Positions 12,415 through 25,484 of a stretch of 64,000 nt of DNA are shown here, piece by piece; position 1 is the stretch's first letter; every line of letters begins with the position of its first letter. The stretch lies in the NCBI GenBank assembly GCA_000165425.1, contig CT868074.1, positions 186,001 to 250,000 of the forward strand. The letters run 5' to 3'. A model generated the notes under the pieces. That model was given only the letters and a program-made list of their open reading frames with translations, made no database searches and was not told where the DNA came from. The translations under genes and the position numbers were made by a program. Origin of the DNA: Paramecium tetraurelia. Its lineage: Eukaryota.

Positions 12415-13580
12415 TCAACTAATTGAAAGATCAATATGAAGGCCGTTTTTCATAGCTAGCTCTAGAAAGAATCATGGGCTAAGATTCTTTATCGAACTTT
12501 TTAATATCTTCTAATTAGGGAGCCACATGAAGATCGAAATTTTACTATTCCTCTGTCGGTTTCCATTGAGGTAGAAAGTATTCGGTCTTAGATGCTTTTT
12601 TTGGCATAGGAACTATAAAGGGATGTTATAATAATTATTTAGCTTTCCATCTTTTTTTATGGTCAAATTGAAGGCACTTATCTAAGAAGTCCTGTAAATT
12701 TGATGATATGTTAGTTGGAATTGGTGGTGAGCTTTATTTGGAGGATATGGTTAGCAAGGCCTGCATTGGAGATTGAAATCTTCCCCAAGGAGGCTAACCA
12801 GTTAGCATTTCTATGATGGTACATCCCAGACTCCAAATATCTGAATATCTTCCTGTTTCTTAGCCATTTATTACTTCTGGAGCCATCCAGTTGGGAGTCC
12901 CCTTCAATGAATAGGCATTCAAGCCTATGATACTGCATCCAAAATCTGCTAGTTTGCAGACTCCTTTGGTATCAACAATGATATTTGCGCCTTTAATGTC
13001 TCTATGGATGATTCCCTTTTTATGTAGATAAACGAGACCATGGAGTATATCTGTTACATACTTCTAAATAACTGGTTCTTTAAGATTGGATTTGAATTTC
13101 TTCATCATTTATGCAATAGAGCCACCTGATTTGATAATGCACACTGGTACCTCCTACAAATTCTAATAAGATGCTCAAATGATTATTATCCTCGTCACAC
13201 CCATAGTATTCCACTATGTTTTTGTGCTTCAATTGTTAAAGTATTTTGATCTCCTGATGAAACGACTCTAAGCTTTCTTTCTCGACATAGCCCAATTCAA
13301 TTTGTTTTACAGCTAATATTCTTCCAGTCTTGATATCCATACATTTATAAACTCGTCCAAAAGACCCTTGTCCAATCAATTCTCCTTTCTTCCATTAAAT
13401 TTTTACAAGTGACTCAACATGATGAACATGTTACTCAGTCTCTGAATCATAACCATCAGAGTTATTCTATATTAATATTTTAGATCTGTGTTATGAAACA
13501 GTTCCTGAGTTTTGTTATTAATAAACTTTGGATCCTTTTTCTCCAAAACATTTACAAAGCCTTGAAATATATGAGCCCAT
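12415..13580 (-). CDS. MAP3K (STE11/MEKK/NPK1-like) Ser/Thr kinase
   Basis: [50 protein letters not shown]-terminus [11 protein letters not shown] suggests acylation. Confidence 0.9.
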
Positions 13581-13776
13581 TTTTATTAATAATAAAATAA
13601 CATCTATTTATGTTGCTTTTTCATTTTATTCAATTATTAAAGGTAATTGCATTCCAATCGCAAAGTTCTAGGATGAAAAACTCTATATGTGCAGAGTCAG
13701 AATTAATATATTCACAAAATAAATTAATTTGAAAAGCAAATTTCAGAACTTCTCAATTTATACAATAAAATATTTA

Positions 13777-15306
13777 ATGAATTTATTGCTTGAAATATAC
13801 ATTCATATAGACATGGATGCATATTATGCTTAAGCGGAATAGAAATTATTGAAAATACCAGATGATCAACCTGTTTGTGCGAGATAATGGAATTCTTTAA
13901 TAGCAATCAATTATCCTGCCAGGGCTGCAGGTATCAAAAGAGGCATGTTAGCTGATGAAGCATTAAAATTATGTCCAGAAGTATTTTTACCTCATGTTGA
14001 AACTTTCAAGATTTCAGAAGGGAAAATGATCTTTTCAACAATCTAAGACAAATTCACTTAACACAATAAAATCGAAGAAAAAATTAGTCTGAAATATTAT
14101 AGAGAAGAAAGTAAATTGATATTTGCAATTATTAAGTAATTTTGTGGTTGTGTTGAAAAAGGCGGTACTGATGAATGTTACATATAAGTAAGTGAAAATG
14201 AGTTAGAAAAAATTGAACCTCATGAATTTATTGGTAATCTAATGTGTGCCATACCTTCTGATTATTAACTAACTGAATAGGATATCCAAATAATGAAGGC
14301 TTCAATACTTTGTTAATAAATTAGAGATGCCGTCTATAAAGAAACTCAATATAAATGCAGTGCGGGAATCTCATTTAATAAAATGCTGTCTAAACTTGCA
14401 TCATCTACAAATAAACCAAATAAATAAACAATCATTTTAGAATGTATGTTACCAGAGTGCATTGCGTAATTCAATATCAAGAAAATAAGAGGTTTCGGTG
14501 GAAAAATTAAACATTCCTTTGTTAAGAGTGAAATCTAAACTATCGGTTAGGCTTAGCAACTATCTCTATCTTAATTAGAAATGTTGTTTGCAGACAAGGC
14601 TCAATATGTATATGATAAATTAAGAGGGTATGACAATGAAGAAGTCAAGAAAGATTCTGAACGCAAACATAAATCCATTCTGTCTCTAAAGAATATCAAA
14701 AAGACATTCTCAAGGGATACGATTAATCAATCCTTGGAACTAATAATACACGATCTTACAATGAGAGTGACTGATTACTATGAGGATTCAAATCTTGTAC
14801 CATCAGTAGTAGTTCTTCATTATCATAATGTAGAGAGAGGGTCACATCAAAAAAGTGAACCTGTTTACTTAACTCTTCCAATAGATAGTTTCAGATTGTA
14901 GATTGAGGATAGAGTGAGTTCCATTTTAAATTCAATTTAGGATAGTGAACTCTTTCCATTGATTAATATTGGATTAAGTTGTAGATACTTTAAACCCATG
15001 TCTTAGGGTATTTAAAATCCAATAACTAGTTATTTTAAAAAGGTGATAGAAAGTTAAGAATAAGAAAAGATGTCTAAATTTATTGAGGAAGTAGAGAAAG
15101 AGCTGGCTCCTTAAGATTATTACAATTGTGAAATCTGTAAACAGGAGATTCTGAAGACGCTTAAGGATGAACATAATGATTTTCATGTGGCTGAAAATTT
15201 AGATAAAGAAATGAATCCTAAAAAAAGAAGGTATAAAAGTTAAAATAACAAACCTTAATCACAATAGGTAATTTAATAAATTACTTAATTTATGAAAAAA
15301 TCTTGA
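13777..15306 (+). CDS. POLH: DNA polymerase eta (Y family)
   Basis: IHIDMDAYYAQ, IAINYPARAAGIKRGM, VEKGGTDECYI, CSAGISFNKMLSKLAS..NKPNKQT, KIRGFGGK; C-terminal UBZ-like CEICKQE...EHNDFHVA, basic NLS and PIP-like tail. Confidence 0.88.
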
Positions 15307-15507
15307 TACTTTAATATATAATAAATTATACACATTTCATAATCGTTTATATTGATATCTCTAATCATTGTGAATAGATGACTGAATCTATTAATGTGTT
15401 TTAGAACCCATAAAATATAAAATATGCTCTCCTATTTGAATTTCACAAGCTGTATTGAGCAAATAATATCAAAATCCAATCTTAGAAAAGCATAATTAAA
15501 TTTTATT

Positions 15508-18167
15508 ATGTATTAGACAAGTTAGCTAATTAACCGTCGACCCAACATGAGGTAGTTAACTGGTAGGGCTCGTGACATTTAAGATGATGAAGACGATGAT
15601 TTTGGCATCTCTAGTTTTGCAAAAAGCAAAGTTGATGATGATGACGAAAAATTCAAAAATCAAAACAGTGATCCTGATTTCCTAGACAGTCTATTGAGAA
15701 AGAAGAGTAGAAATGATTCCAAAATGGATAAAGTAATATCCTTTAATAATATCTAAGTCCAACAATAGCTCCATCATACCTAGCACACCTCCTCCATAAA
15801 GTACAAGCAAAAAGAGTGATCAAGAAATATCAAACACAGATCCAAAGAAAGGACAAACATAAACCCAAAATAACACAGGAAACAAGGGCACACCATAATA
15901 ATAATAACAATAAAAGTAATCATAATAGACTCCTGCAAAACCCAACACGACTCAGCCATTCTAAACTCCAGATCCTAAGTAATAATAACAATAACAAAAG
16001 ACTCCTGCATAATAACAATCACAAACTAAAACACCCCAAGCTTAACCTCAACCATCATAGTAATCATAAACCCCATAATAATAAAAAACTCCATAATAAC
16101 AATAAACTCCATAATAATCACAAACCCCACAATAAACAAAGACTCCACAATAAACAACAACTCCTTAACAAACAAAAACACCCTAATAATAACCCTCCTA
16201 AACATAAACCCCAGTAACAAACAAGACATAGTAGAATCAAAAGTAAACTCCTGCTCCTGCACCAAAGGAAATAGTAGATCCTGCACAATCAATATAAAAT
16301 AAGCCTTCAGCTAAAAAAGATGATCCAAAGAATCAACCACCTCCTCCAGAGTAGCCAAGTAAGGTTCAACCACCTCCAAAAGTTGAGTAGCCTTCTAAAA
16401 CTGATACACCCAATAAGGGAAACTAGTAGCAAACTCAACCACAACAACAACCCTAATAAAATAGAATTGATTAAGATGATCAAGAATAACAAAAAGGACC
16501 ACAAGTATCTGAAAACAGACCAACATTCGTTAGGAGAGGAAAGAATACTTAAGCGGTTAAGGATCTAGCTAAGAATGTCAAAACAATGCCAGATGATAGA
16601 ATTAAAGCTTTAGAACCCAAGAATAATATCGAAGTAAGCAAGAAACTATCATTGAAATTTGCACCACAAAAACAATATACAGATCAAACATTTCCTCCTA
16701 ATGATTTATAAGTATTTCAAGTATTTGGTCATGGCCAAGTTGATTTTAAGAGATTCAATCTTGGAAGAGAATAAGATACTCATTAAGTAGTTGATCCTAA
16801 TGATATCGTCCCTGGGTAATAATCAAGTACTCTAATGTAAGTATTGGCTGCTATTGCTGAATAACCAAAATTAATAACTTAAATTTTAGAAGATCAAGTT
16901 ATCAACGAATTTGGATTTTATTATGCTCGTCTCTGCATTGGGGGAGTATGGAAATATATCTTAGTTGATGATTTGCTTGGCTACTTTAAAGGAGAACCTG
17001 TTGGAGCAAGGACTACCATTGATAATAATAAATTAAAGTAATCATCATTAGTAATTATTTAGATCATTACAAAAATCTAATCCTGGCTATCAATCAGAAA
17101 TATGGCCATTCCTAATTGAGAAGGCATTTGCCAAAGAATATGGAAGTTATGAGGATGCATCTGTAAATGCTACAGTCGCTGATTTTCTGTAAGAAACAAC
17201 AGGAGCACCAACTACTGTTGAATAAATTAGTGAAAATGTTCTAAAATCCTTGACTTAGAATGATGTTGCCCTTGTGCATTTAACAGATGGAATTTTCACA
17301 TTCTTAAATTCAGATGGTAAAGATGTAACTCTACGTAATCCTTGGGGTTGGGTCAAGAATTAACCAAGTACTGCTTAACCAGAAGGGGAATTCAAAGTTC
17401 CCATAAAGAGTCTCATTGGTAAATAAATCACAATCGCTAAATGTGTTCCTAACAATTACCATACCAGTTATAATTTGAAAGCCAACAGTGATGCTTATAC
17501 ATCTTTTAATGTTAATGCACGTTCAGATACTGTAGCCACCTTCAGGTTACATTAAAGAGATGAAAGATATTTTAGAAATAACATATCCAAAAAATACGAT
17601 TATTGTTATGCTAGATTGTTAGTATTTGATGAATAACAATACTTGATTGCTTAGGATTATGGGCAATATAAAACATTAAGTGTTAATGTTAATTTGTAAA
17701 AGGGTAAATATACTGTAGTAATCCTTTTGGATTTCTTAACTGAACAATTATATGATAGCACATTGACTTTCTATGGAACTTAATCTGTTGAAATTAGTAG
17801 AATTGATTATAGACAACAACCTAATCTATTGGCTTAATTATATACTAAAGAGGCAATCAGCAAGGGCTAAAGAAAATAGAATGGACAAGTTGAGGAGTTT
17901 ACTTATGTGTCTGATAATAAGTTGACTATCTTAGCTTGGAAGTATAATGGCACTTAGCCTAATAAATGGAGCAAGGATTTGAGCAAATAACAGAATAGAA
18001 ATACTATGAGGCCAATTACATTTGTTAATGTAGCAGACATATAATAATTAAAAGTACTCACAACTGAGTAGATTAAACAGTTGAAACTGAGTAGCTGGTA
18101 AGATGCATCGTCATTCAATATTGAATTCACTTAATAAAACAACACTTATGCAGTTGTATTCAAGTGA
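15508..18167 (+). CDS. Calpain-like protein (CysPc fold, catalytic Cys/His missing) with Q/T/P-rich N-terminal region
   Basis: YTDQTFPP, DIVPGQQSSTLMQVLAAIAEQP, GFYYARLCIGGVWKYILVDD, EIWPFLIEKAFAKEYGSYE, TTGAP, LRNPWG, followed by a domain-III-like region. Confidence 0.8.
15890..16215 (+). repeat. Coding tandem repeat, ~18-nt unit encoding Q-x-x-T-P-Q hexapeptides
   Basis: Table-6 reading QQSQTPQQQKTPQQQQTPQQSQTPQQTKTPQQTTTPQQTKTPQQ; DNA unit resembles TAAACTCCATAATAA. Confidence 0.8.
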
Positions 18168-18198
18168 TTAATTATTAGAATATATAAAAATTAATATA

Positions 18199-19266
18199 AT
18201 GAATCGATAATAAATGGATAATGTACATAGGTAGCCAGGATTAATTTCCTTCCTTCAAACATGGTGGTAATCACATCTATTTGGAACAAAAGTTATCTTA
18301 ACCTTTTCAATAATTCTTGGATTAATTGATTTAGTTACTCATTTTGCTTTTAACATCTTCAGTAATTCCCCTTGTTCAACATTACCTATTTAAATCTAAA
18401 GATTATTTTTTGCAAACTTTGTTCATTGTATATATACAAATTAATATATTCTCTAGATTACAGTATTGATTTGATATTAGCTATCATATGCATTCATAGT
18501 AAATTAAAAGATTTTGAAACAAAGCATGGCACAGCCACATTCATTATCATCATTACTATCCTAGGCTTTATCACTTAAGTATACGAAAATATCATTTTAG
18601 TCATTATGCCTTATTTTGTAATTTACCCTTTCCTATTTATATCCTCCATTCTATGAAACTCCAGCATATAGTCTATGGAACTTTACCATATTCTTTCTAA
18701 TTCAAGAGTATTTTTCAAATATATTATCTCAAGATGTCTAATGATGCCAAATGGATAAAGTCAATTCCTGATTTTTCCAATGTAAATAAAAAATAAATAT
18801 TACCCTATTGTGTTTGTCATTCTCTTTACATTAATTTAATAATCTTTGACCTTTGTAAGTTCATTCATAATTGCCATTATTTACTTTTTATTTTAAGATA
18901 GATTTTCATTATAAACAGCAGTATGAATCATTAATTATTTAAGACTATCGAATAATTGGAAAAAGGAATAGTTTTTAGACCTTTTATAGATCGAATAGAT
19001 TTTAAAACAATTTCTAATTACTAGGATTAATTAGAGCCCAGTGTTGATTCTAGGGAATAACCATATCTTTAAACTCCTCCTGCTAAGTAAGATTTATTTA
19101 ATAATTTTTATTTAATAGACTAACAATGGAAGGATGTGCTCCTTTTCCACCTTCTCTTGTCTTATAAGAATTGCAAAAGTAATTGAATGTCTAAGATATT
19201 CCAAATCGAGAGGAAGTTTAAGAAGAGGAAGAATAAAAGCAAGTAGAATAAAACTAAGATTTTTGA
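18199..19266 (+). CDS. Rhomboid-superfamily-like membrane protein (probable pseudoprotease)
   Basis: Multi-TM spliced frame ...KDFETKHGTATFIII...AYSLWNFTIFFLIQEC..MPNGQSQFLIFPMQIKNKYYPIVFVILF...; no GxSG or catalytic His seen. Confidence 0.5.
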
Positions 19267-19885
19267 AATTCATGTAAAATGTTTTATATTATAATTCTTA
19301 TTTAATTTAAAGTAGACAATTTTCTAGAACTATTTTGTTTTCTTATGCATGGTTATCTGCACTTTGTTATATTTTTGAGTAGTAATTAATTCATTATTAT
19401 TCAATAATTTTCAATGTCTCCTTATTGAATATATTATTTATTAGATAAAATTTATGAGGGAAAATAATTCTATGAGACAATCATCCTTTTATTTAGTAAA
19501 AGTGAGGTTAGAATTCCAAAAATTACTGTTTTTCGCATTCAAAAAAATAGGTTTAAAGTGAATTATAAGAATAGGATGCATTTTATAAATTAATTGAGTG
19601 TTGGATCATAAATGATTTTTGAACATACCAATTCGATTAAACTCTTTAATTTTATTTTGGATTACGATTTAACTTTTAAGTTGAATCATTATAGTAATAT
19701 AATGATGATATGAGGACATTTAAGTTTAAATTTTCAGGTAGAATTTTTAAATAAATGGTTTTAAAGTTCTTAGGAATAACTTTTACTAGTATTAATGACT
19801 TTTATTATCATATTGATTCAATAATCGATGTAAATTTAGAGGGGATTAAAAAAAAATATTTTATTTACTTAAATGTTGATAATAA

Positions 19886-20597
19886 TCAATCTAATAATTC
19901 TGCTAACTATTTGTCCATATTATTTTAATTTTTTTGTTAATAACTTTATTATTATGCAGGAATTTAATTGGAAGGAACAGTATTGAGTTATTTCTACAAG
20001 TTTAATGCTTTTTATTAATCATCTTCTTGCATGTATTTCTCAAATTCTGCATCAATTTCTTCATTATCGACTCCCATGTTTGACATTTATTTCCATAATT
20101 CAGAAGTTTCTTATTAAGATGTTTAAAATTCACTATAAATAAAGTTAATAAATACTTCCAATCCATCATAGCATCTTATAACTTATCATTGGTCTCTTAT
20201 TGCATTTTTCCTAATTCAGCTGCATTAAAAACTGCATCAGCTATGCCTTAATCTTATTCTAATGTTTCTATTTGGATTGTCATTTGAGTGAGAACATTGA
20301 ACTTGGTTTACATTTGCTCAATTTATTTTTGTAAAGATTTCATTTCTACAATACTTATGTGAATTCTATACCTGTAACTTTATTCCTGGCTTATTATTTT
20401 TTTCCCTAACTAAGTAAAGATCTTATTTCCTGATCCAAATTTGCTACCTTTGAGTCGATCCTATCAATATTGTCTTGGATTTAATCTTTTCTGGATCTCA
20501 GATCATGCAGAGTCTTTTCATATTTTAATTTAGCATCTGGAACAGGTGCTGCTTAATTTTTTTTATCACCTCCACCCTTTTTAGCAAAGCCGAACAT
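19886..20597 (-). CDS. ESCRT-III SNF7-family protein
   Basis: Basic N-half (TLHDLRSRKDQIQDNIDRIDSK...KNNKARNK..EMKSLQKQIEQ), acidic C-half (VDNEEIDAEFEK), MIM-like tail MDKQLAELLD*; two tiny introns. Confidence 0.75.
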
Positions 20598-20752
20598 GTT
20601 AATTTTTTAAATATTAATAATACAAGATTCTAAATTTTGTTTTGCTTTATACACTACTCCAATAATAATTTTATAGAAACAATATAATGATTTGAAATCA
20701 AGTTATGGAATTTGTAAATTCCTATAATAGCTGGACATAATTATATATAATA

Positions 20753-21798
20753 TCATTCCTTATTCAATAATCTATGCTTTTTAAAATCTATCTCATAACC
20801 TTCTTACTCACTCTCCTCTTCTGGTTAATCAAAGATGATAGTTTTGTCACTTGGATATTTTTTATCATTTACTGTGATCTTCCCTCTTACAGTTTTTAAT
20901 TTTGCTGTTCTTTAAGTTACAACAGACTTTGGTTTCATGTAAGCATTATTTAAAAAGAATTTGAAGTCGATCTCCGTTTAAACATCTTATGAATCAGTAT
21001 ACATTCTGAATTTGTAATCCATATCATCCAAAAACAATTTTTTATACACCAATAGTTCCTTATTCTCCTTAATCGTTGGTTATAACCAGTAATCAGGCAT
21101 CAATTCCTCATCCGATTTGATCACATTTTATTAAATGCATCTCAAATCATCCATGAATGAAATGCAATTCAATAATAAGAAAAACGTCTTCTTATTCATT
21201 TTTGGTGTTAGTATATCATACAATAAAGAGTAGTCCCTCTCATCTTCCAATGATAAATAACAATTTAATAGTATCTCCAATTGATCTGCCATTAATTTTA
21301 ATCTTTATGTGAAATCATCCTCTCCTGTCAATTCCTTACACTATAATATCCTTCCAATTGATTATCCTGGGAATTTAGCTAATCTTTTTCGGTAATCCAT
21401 TTTATTTCTTATGAAAATCTGAATTCCTGCTAAAATTGTGTTCTTATAAAATCTGTATAATCTGCTTACAAATTTGTGTCTCGAAATACTAAAAATCATA
21501 ACTATATGTATAACCCTATTCCTGATACTTTCTAGAACTCTGGCAATGCCAATCTAATTACTGATCTGTATTTCATGGCTGTAGTGACCAATAATTTTAA
21601 TTGTTCAGTGTTCAAACCAGGTCTTGGATTCATTATATCTTAATAGATTGCCTTCAAAGTAAATGGAATTTCAATTTTTATATCATACATTGATTCCAAC
21701 ACCTTAGCAATTTCTGGCCATCTTTTCTGTCCTCGTTCTTAAACCAGTTATTTTAAAGTTTCTGCTATTTTTGGATTGTCTGTACACTTTTTTAACAT
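20753..21798 (-). CDS. Uncharacterised Myb/SANT-like family protein, paralog A
   Basis: KRWPEIAKVLESMYDIKI; LLNCISFMDDLRCI; LMPDYWLQPTIKEN; KTVRGKITVNDKKYPSDKTIIF; one phase-2 intron after SGI. Confidence 0.75.
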
Positions 21799-23260
21799 TC
21801 CCTAATTATATTATTAGATTTCATTAGAGACACACTACTTACCTGCAAAATATTGGAATATTAAAAAAAAAAAGCATACAAAAAATTTTACATAAAAAAA
21901 TATCAACTCGTCAATATTCAAACAAACACTTTAATTATTTTATTATTGTCATTCCAAATCAAACTATCCAAAATTAATAATTTCAATATTTTCTATATTA
22001 TTACCTTCAACAATTACACTAATTCCATATAGCTACCAACACTGCAACATTTCTTTAAATCACAAAAAATATCTAAACCATATAATAAGTATTTTAATTT
22101 TATTCTCTTCTTTATTTTATCTAAAGAACTTATATATATTCGTATTCATATTTAAAACTAATCATTATGCTTGATGATTGATATGATTTATTAGATTAAA
22201 TAAAAAAATATTGATTCTATAATTAGAAGGAAAAGAATATCAATAAAAAGACTCATAAAAAAATTACAATTATTCAAGATAGTATTTAACAATACCACTT
22301 TATGATAAGCTACTTCGAATATAAGAGTAGTATTCATGAAGATTAAGAATTAATATAGTTTTTGAATATCATTTTGATTAGACATAAGAATTTTTAAATT
22401 TGAAATCAATAACTCTAGGAATAATCTATTTTAGAATTCAGTCTTGATTCCATAGTGAAATTAGTTTTTTTAGATAATATCTAACAGGAATTGATGATCT
22501 TTATTAGAATTGCTTGTTTTCTTACAATAATTTTATTTCAAATTTCATTATCCTTGAATCCCTTTATTAATAGGATATCTGCAATTGAAAGTAATATGAT
22601 TAGGTATGATAATCAAGATTTGAATTATATAAAAATAAAAGACACTTAATATATCAAATAATAATTTCGATTCAATCAGCAAGAGCTCTTTATTGCTTAA
22701 TAAAGAATTTTATGATGCTACTAAATTGAATTTGCTGACAGACACTAGACTTAATACTAATTCCATACATCTTAAAAATCTTAGACTTTTAAACATCTGC
22801 AATATTGTTATAAATTATATTAGTTATTCAATTAATTAAAAAAATTAATATAAATATATTAAAATAATTAAAACGCATTTTTGTGTGAAATGTTAAAATT
22901 ATGGACGCTCTTAGTTTTGATTTGCCTAGGCTAATGTTAAGAATTATTAACATCAATAAAAAATTATGCTGATGGAATAGTTTAATCAAATATAACTTAG
23001 AAAATCCTTTTAGATTTTGCTCCATTATTATTGCCATTAACTATATTCTCAATTATTTTAATCTAATTGATGAAATTTTGCTTCAAAAGATAAAAATTTT
23101 ATGACAAACTTCCTTAAACCGAATAACAAGCGAGCAACAAAAAAGTGAGATTGCCATTAAAGCATAAATTGCAATTATTCTTTATGAGATATTATTGTTA
23201 AATTTTGAGAGTATTTAAACATTGATGTGATATTTATATTTGAAATTAATTAATTTAAAT

Positions 23261-25403
23261 TCAAAACCAATCATTCTACTAAACTTGATTTGAAATATTA
23301 TAAAATTAATCATCTGATACTTCGCTCAAGGCATCCTGATTGAATGAATCATTTTCAAACATAACTTAATCCTAATATTGATGCTTCTAGTTTTATTATA
23401 TCTAAATAGATAATAGTGTTACATCTATTTATTTACAGTTCTTCATCAAATTCGAAACATTATTTGAATTATTAGAATCAAAAGTAAAAGCACTGCACCA
23501 GGAATCTAAATTATCCTAAACTAAGTAATCATAGCTTCTAAATTAAAGATAGGATGAGTCAAATACTTAAGATTAGTCCAAACTTATTGAGAAATTGAAA
23601 ATTTTTCAATGGAATTGCTATTGCCTCCACATGCATACAAATCATTATTATAAGTGATAAGTTTGTTTCTCAAATCTCTCCCTTCTGTCATCATACTAAT
23701 AACCTTAATTGTTTGATTATTTGTATCAAAGACCTGCAAACTATTTGTGAATCCTTAGTTAGAACTTAGATATTAGATAATTGGTATACCCTCCTCCTAG
23801 AATGAGAATTTAATTATCATCATAAGAGAGTGCTGCTGCATTACTGAATCCTTACTTGAATTTGACTTCCAAGACCTTCCATTGATTATCTTTGACAGAA
23901 TATCTCTCTATAGTATTTTATCGCTCTCTTCCGTCGAATCCTCCAAACACATAAATATATTTATTCAAGGCAGTAGCAGCAGCAAATGCACACTTCTACT
24001 TTTAGAGTGGATCAATCATCTTCCATTCATCTGCAGCCAAACTATACTGTTCGCAACAAGATAACATCTGCTTTGTAGTGCCATCATAACTTATTAGATC
24101 ATTTATCTCAGATACCCTCCTATTGCGTAAACAAATCCATCCAGATAAACACAAGCATGTTCTTTCCTGGGATAGTACATACTCTTCAAAGCCTACTATT
24201 AAAATCCCTAAGATGGCGAAATTAACATAGCATTTCTACTGACTCCTCCTCCTGTTATTATGATGTCTCCATTGGGTAAACTAGCTGCTGCAGCATAATA
24301 ATTGTAATCAAATGTATTCTATTCATTAATTCATGACTTTATACATTGGAAATTTATCTATATTACCAATCATTTTTTTCAATGTTGTAAATCAAAATTT
24401 TATGCTTTTCTCCAAAGTAGCAAATCTAAGGATTGCAAACTTCCTTCTTAAATTGTCCATATTTAGAAATATCACCAATAAGTTTTTATTCAAAATTTAA
24501 TTTGGGCAGTATTTTATATTCACCACCTCTTAACTTTCTAAACTAAACAATGTCTTTGTCTGCCAATTCATCTAAATCATTAATCTCTTTAATAAAATCA
24601 TTTCCTTTAAAAGCTTTTGTAGTCTCTAAATATTTCAAACAATTCTACTTAATTCATAATACTTTTCATCTAATTTCTACTGTATTTGAGCCATATTATA
24701 TAGCAATGACTAATTAAATGCTACTTCTGACTCAATTTGCTCGTTTTCAGAGTCAAATATTTTTAATAAGTTATCCTTCAATTCTTTTCTCCTTTTTTCA
24801 CACTTTGCAATTATTCTATCAAATTAATCGTCAATTTATTAGATCTAATTCTTATTTTATATAGATACAAGTTTTAAGTTATCTTATTCTAATTATTCTT
24901 TGCAATTATCAAAAGTTTTCATCTATTTCTCCAAACTCTCATATTGAGTCTTTAATTTTGATTAGATGCTACTTACTCTATTCATTTATAAAGAAACTAA
25001 ATTACACATTGAATGAATACCTGAATGTTCATATTTAAAAAACTTATGACCATAATGTTCAGTAATACATTCTGTACACATATTTGATTAATCATCCTCG
25101 CAATAAAACTACAATGGATATTTCTAATGTTTTGAGCAGAGTTCAAATGTTTTTCTAATTGTTAAAGGGTCCAGCTTACTATTCTTCTAAATGCTTAGAG
25201 GCCAAATCCATGGCCACAAAATTCTTGCTTAAATTATTTGGTTTAACATTCGGTTCATGTTTTGTCCTGCAAATAGGACATTCGATTCTCTTACTTACTT
25301 TATACATAGTTTCAAGACATATAGTGCAGTAAGTGTGACCACAGAGAAGGTTTCTTGCCACTCTATCTAGAGCATAGAATTCATAGCACATTGGACATTC
25401 CAT
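23261..25403 (-). CDS. RING - B-box - coiled coil - Kelch repeat protein (TRIM-like E3 ligase)
   Basis: CPMCYEFY...LLCGHTYCTIC...CPICR (RING); CSKH...FYCEDD..ICTECITEHYGH (B-box); coiled coil; Kelch motifs IIITGGG, YPRKEHACVYLDGFVYAIGG, NIFMFGG. Confidence 0.85.
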
Positions 25404-25484
25404 TTATTATATTTAATATTTGCATTATTGATTTGAATTTAATTTTATTATAAAAATATAAAATATATGATTACTGCTGAATTT

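Noticed and set aside
15816..16568. Asn/His-rich ORFs in the supplied track
   Set aside because: Off-frame readings of the Gln-rich (TAA-coded) repeat in the calpain-like gene.
19455..19715. Short open frame MRENNSMRQSSFLF...
   Set aside because: No recognisable motif, intron or compositional support; open frames of this length are common with one stop codon.
21833..21846. TACTTACCTG, resembling the U1 snRNA 5' end
   Set aside because: No U1 stem-loops or Sm site follow; it is at most a 5' splice-site-like motif on the minus strand.
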